The notes below the pieces were generated by a model, which saw nothing but the letters and a program-made list of their open reading frames with translations, did no database searches and was not told the DNA's origin. From positions 32,001 through 96,000 of the IMG/VR virus record IMGVR_UViG_3300003872_000001: DNA of 64,000 bases. One strand, 5' to 3'. Made by a program: the position numbers and the translations under genes. This document shows positions 61,834 to 64,000 of the stretch, one piece after another; the stretch's first letter is position 1, and every line of letters starts with the position of its first letter. The stretch comes from a virus.

Positions 61834-62380
61834 TCTCCTTAATTCTTTATTTCTATCTATTAGACCCCTTATTAAGCTGTTAAGTGGTATAGTTAGGTCT
61901 TAACTCATGCAAATACTAAATTAAAAATAGTTTATAGTAACATATATAGCTATACCTATACAAGCTTATATAAGCCTGTATAGTTTAATTTATTTAGTTA
62001 TTATTTTAATTCAATATAGTCTATTTAATTACTATACTCACTTAATTAATAGTTTATAATTTTTAATTTCGTATATAAGGCGGCATAGCCGCCTTATATA
62101 ATATTAGTATTATAGTCTATATAGTCTGTATTATATTAGGTCACTTTAGTTACTTAGGGTAGTTACTTTTTTACTTTAAGTTTCTATAAGGTCTCTCCGA
62201 AGATGCTGCTTCGGTCATCAAGTAAATAGTATACTTTTTAATTTATTATTAATTTATTCATAATACCCTAGTGAACTAAGTAAGTATAGTTAGTAAGTTC
62301 TTTGATTAACTTAGTAGACTATATTACTTAGTCTATTGAAGCAAATTCTTAAATCAATTATAAACATAAGGAACTATGCT

Positions 62381-62875
62381 ATGAGTATACAAAAAATAAG
62401 AAATAAGAAGATAAGAAATAAACCTGTTTTTATGCCTGTAGATAAACTTCGTAAAATAGGAAAAATGAATGGTAGTATATTTAGTAGTAAGTATGTAGCT
62501 GATGATCAAGGTAATGTATATATACATAAGATAACAGTTAAGTCTAGATCTATAAATAATGAAATATGTATCTTAGTTGTTAAGATGAACCCATACCAAA
62601 CCAGGAATGGTTATATGGAATATGTATTAACAGATAAGCATGGTATAAAGAAACATCTACAGGTACATAGGATAGTAGCTACTAAGTTTATACCTAATCC
62701 TGAGAATAAACCCCATGTTAATCATAAGGATGGTAATAGGAGCCATAATGCTGTAGGTAATTTAGAATGGAATACTGTATCTGAGAATAATATTCACAGA
62801 GTAATGATGATGAAAAAACGTATGGGTGATAATTATACATTTAAAATAGATAATGATATAAAAAAGGAAAACTAA
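62381..62875 (+). CDS. Free-standing HNH endonuclease
   Basis: VHRIVATKFIPNPENKPHVNHKDGNRSHNAVGNLEW...EN..H motif; AAGGA RBS before ATG 62381. Confidence 0.88.
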   Translation: MSIQKIRNKKIRNKPVFMPVDKLRKIGKMNGSIFSSKYVADDQGNVYIHKITVKSRSINNEICILVVKMNPYQTRNGYMEYVLTDKHGIKKHLQVHRIVATKFIPNPENKPHVNHKDGNRSHNAVGNLEWNTVSENNIHRVMMMKKRMGDNYTFKIDNDIKKEN

Positions 62876-62917
62876 ATAATTACTTAGTAATGAAATCGCA
62901 TCTCTAAAGGACTTTAA

Positions 62918-63747
62918 ATGAAAGCAGAACAAATAGATTTTAATATAGTAGTAAATTGTGGATATAGTAATAGGACTATAGCTAGATACAAAGATATATG
63001 CTATATAGGTTGTTTAATTATGCCTTAAAATGGGCTAGCGGTTATGATTATCTAGATATAGTTAAGTATTTAGTGGAACATGGAGCGGATATAACTGCTA
63101 ATCATAATTGTGCTGTACGATATGCTAGCAAAAATGGTAACTTAGATATAGTTAAGTATCTGGTAGAACACGGAGCAGATGTAACTGCTGGTGATAATTA
63201 TGCTGTTAAATGGGCTGGTATGTATGGTTATTTAGATACAGTTAAATATCTAGTACAATGCGGTGCTGATGTAACTGCTGGTGATAACTGGGCTATAGTA
63301 GAGGCTAGCCGAAATGGTTATTTAAGCACAGTCAAATACTTGGTAAAATATGGCGGTGATGTAACTGATAGTAATAATATGGCTATAGGATCAGCTAGTG
63401 CAAATGGTAATTTAGATATAGTCAAATATCTAGTACAATGCGGGGCTGATATTACTGCTAATGATAATTATGCTATAAGATGGGCGAGCGAAAATGGTTA
63501 TTTAGATACAGTTAAATATCTAGCGGAATGCGGTGCAGATATAAATGCTAAAGATAACTGTACTGTTAAATGGGCTAGCGCTAACGGCCACTTAGATATA
63601 GTTAAGTATTTAGTGGAACATGGTGCTGATGTAACTGCTGGCGATAATGGCGCCTTAAAATGGGCTAGTAAAGAAGGTCATTTAGATATAGTTAAATATC
63701 TAGAACAAGTAAATAAGGAAAATGAAATCGCATCTCTAGAAGTGTAA
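62918..63747 (+). pseudogene. Ankyrin-repeat protein gene, apparently frameshifted by a 5' internal deletion
   Basis: The RBS-preceded ATG at 62918 opens only 36 codons (stop at 63026-63028). About eight 30-aa ankyrin repeats (AS.NG.LDIVKYLV..GADVTA.DN.A) are in another frame (62998..63747). Confidence 0.7.
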
Positions 63748-63767
63748 GCCGAATTTAAGGACTTTAA

Positions 63768-64000
63768 ATGAAACATTATAACCCAACTGAGTTAGTACTT
63801 AACATGCCAGTTATGTATAGCGAAGCAGACAGTTCTGGTGATAAGTTACTCAATGGACATTTTGCATCTTATGATGTAGATGGTAATGCTTATGTATGGT
63901 CAGAAGGTGGAACTAGTTATACTAGATCTATTAAATTTAAACAAATAGTTAAATGTAAATATTGTTTCCCTATGACAACTATGGATGAAGGCGTATTAAG
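63768..64000 (+). CDS. Hypothetical phage protein (runs off the right edge)
   Basis: AAGGACTTTAAATG leader, then an open frame MKHYNPTELVLNMPVMY...GHFASY..GNAYVWSEGGTS. Confidence 0.65.
   Translation, partial: MKHYNPTELVLNMPVMYSEADSSGDKLLNGHFASYDVDGNAYVWSEGGTSYTRSIKFKQIVKCKYCFPMTTMDEGVL

Noticed and set aside
1-64000. Stop-codon reassignment as the cause of split helicase and RNAP ORFs
   Set aside because: Each break coincides with a full group I intron, and all three stop codons end ordinary long genes.
1-64000. Chimallin (nuclear shell) or PhuZ tubulin gene
   Set aside because: No ORF here is recognisable as either, so nucleus formation cannot be claimed from this window.

Overview
AT-rich (roughly 27% GC by eye) segment of a phiKZ-related jumbo phage genome, read with the standard genetic code. 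It carries the conserved core of this group: DnaB-like helicase, major capsid protein, a non-virion RNA polymerase subunit, portal, three virion RNA polymerase subunits, UvsX/RecA, RNase H, RuvC, tape-measure-like protein, prohead protease, tail tube and sheath, SbcC/Rad50 and a baseplate spike. It also has a GH108 endolysin, a Campylobacter-type dimeric dUTPase, three HNH endonucleases and an ankyrin-repeat gene. phiKZ gp numbers are given from recalled motifs, size and gene order, not from alignments. Four related group I introns interrupt the helicase and three RNAP genes. Their splice sites can be placed from U.G P1 pairs, terminal G and reading-frame restoration, and one splits the catalytic DFDGD motif. 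The most unusual non-coding element is a ~350-nt intergenic structured RNA (52300-52650) that keeps the peripheral modules of these introns but lacks the catalytic core. Also present are two internally deleted IS200/IS605 (tnpB) derivatives retaining the omega-RNA-type right end, a 95-bp dispersed inverted repeat, a family of sequence-conserved intergenic palindromes and a recurring promoter motif. The host is inferred, not shown, to be a Campylobacterota bacterium.
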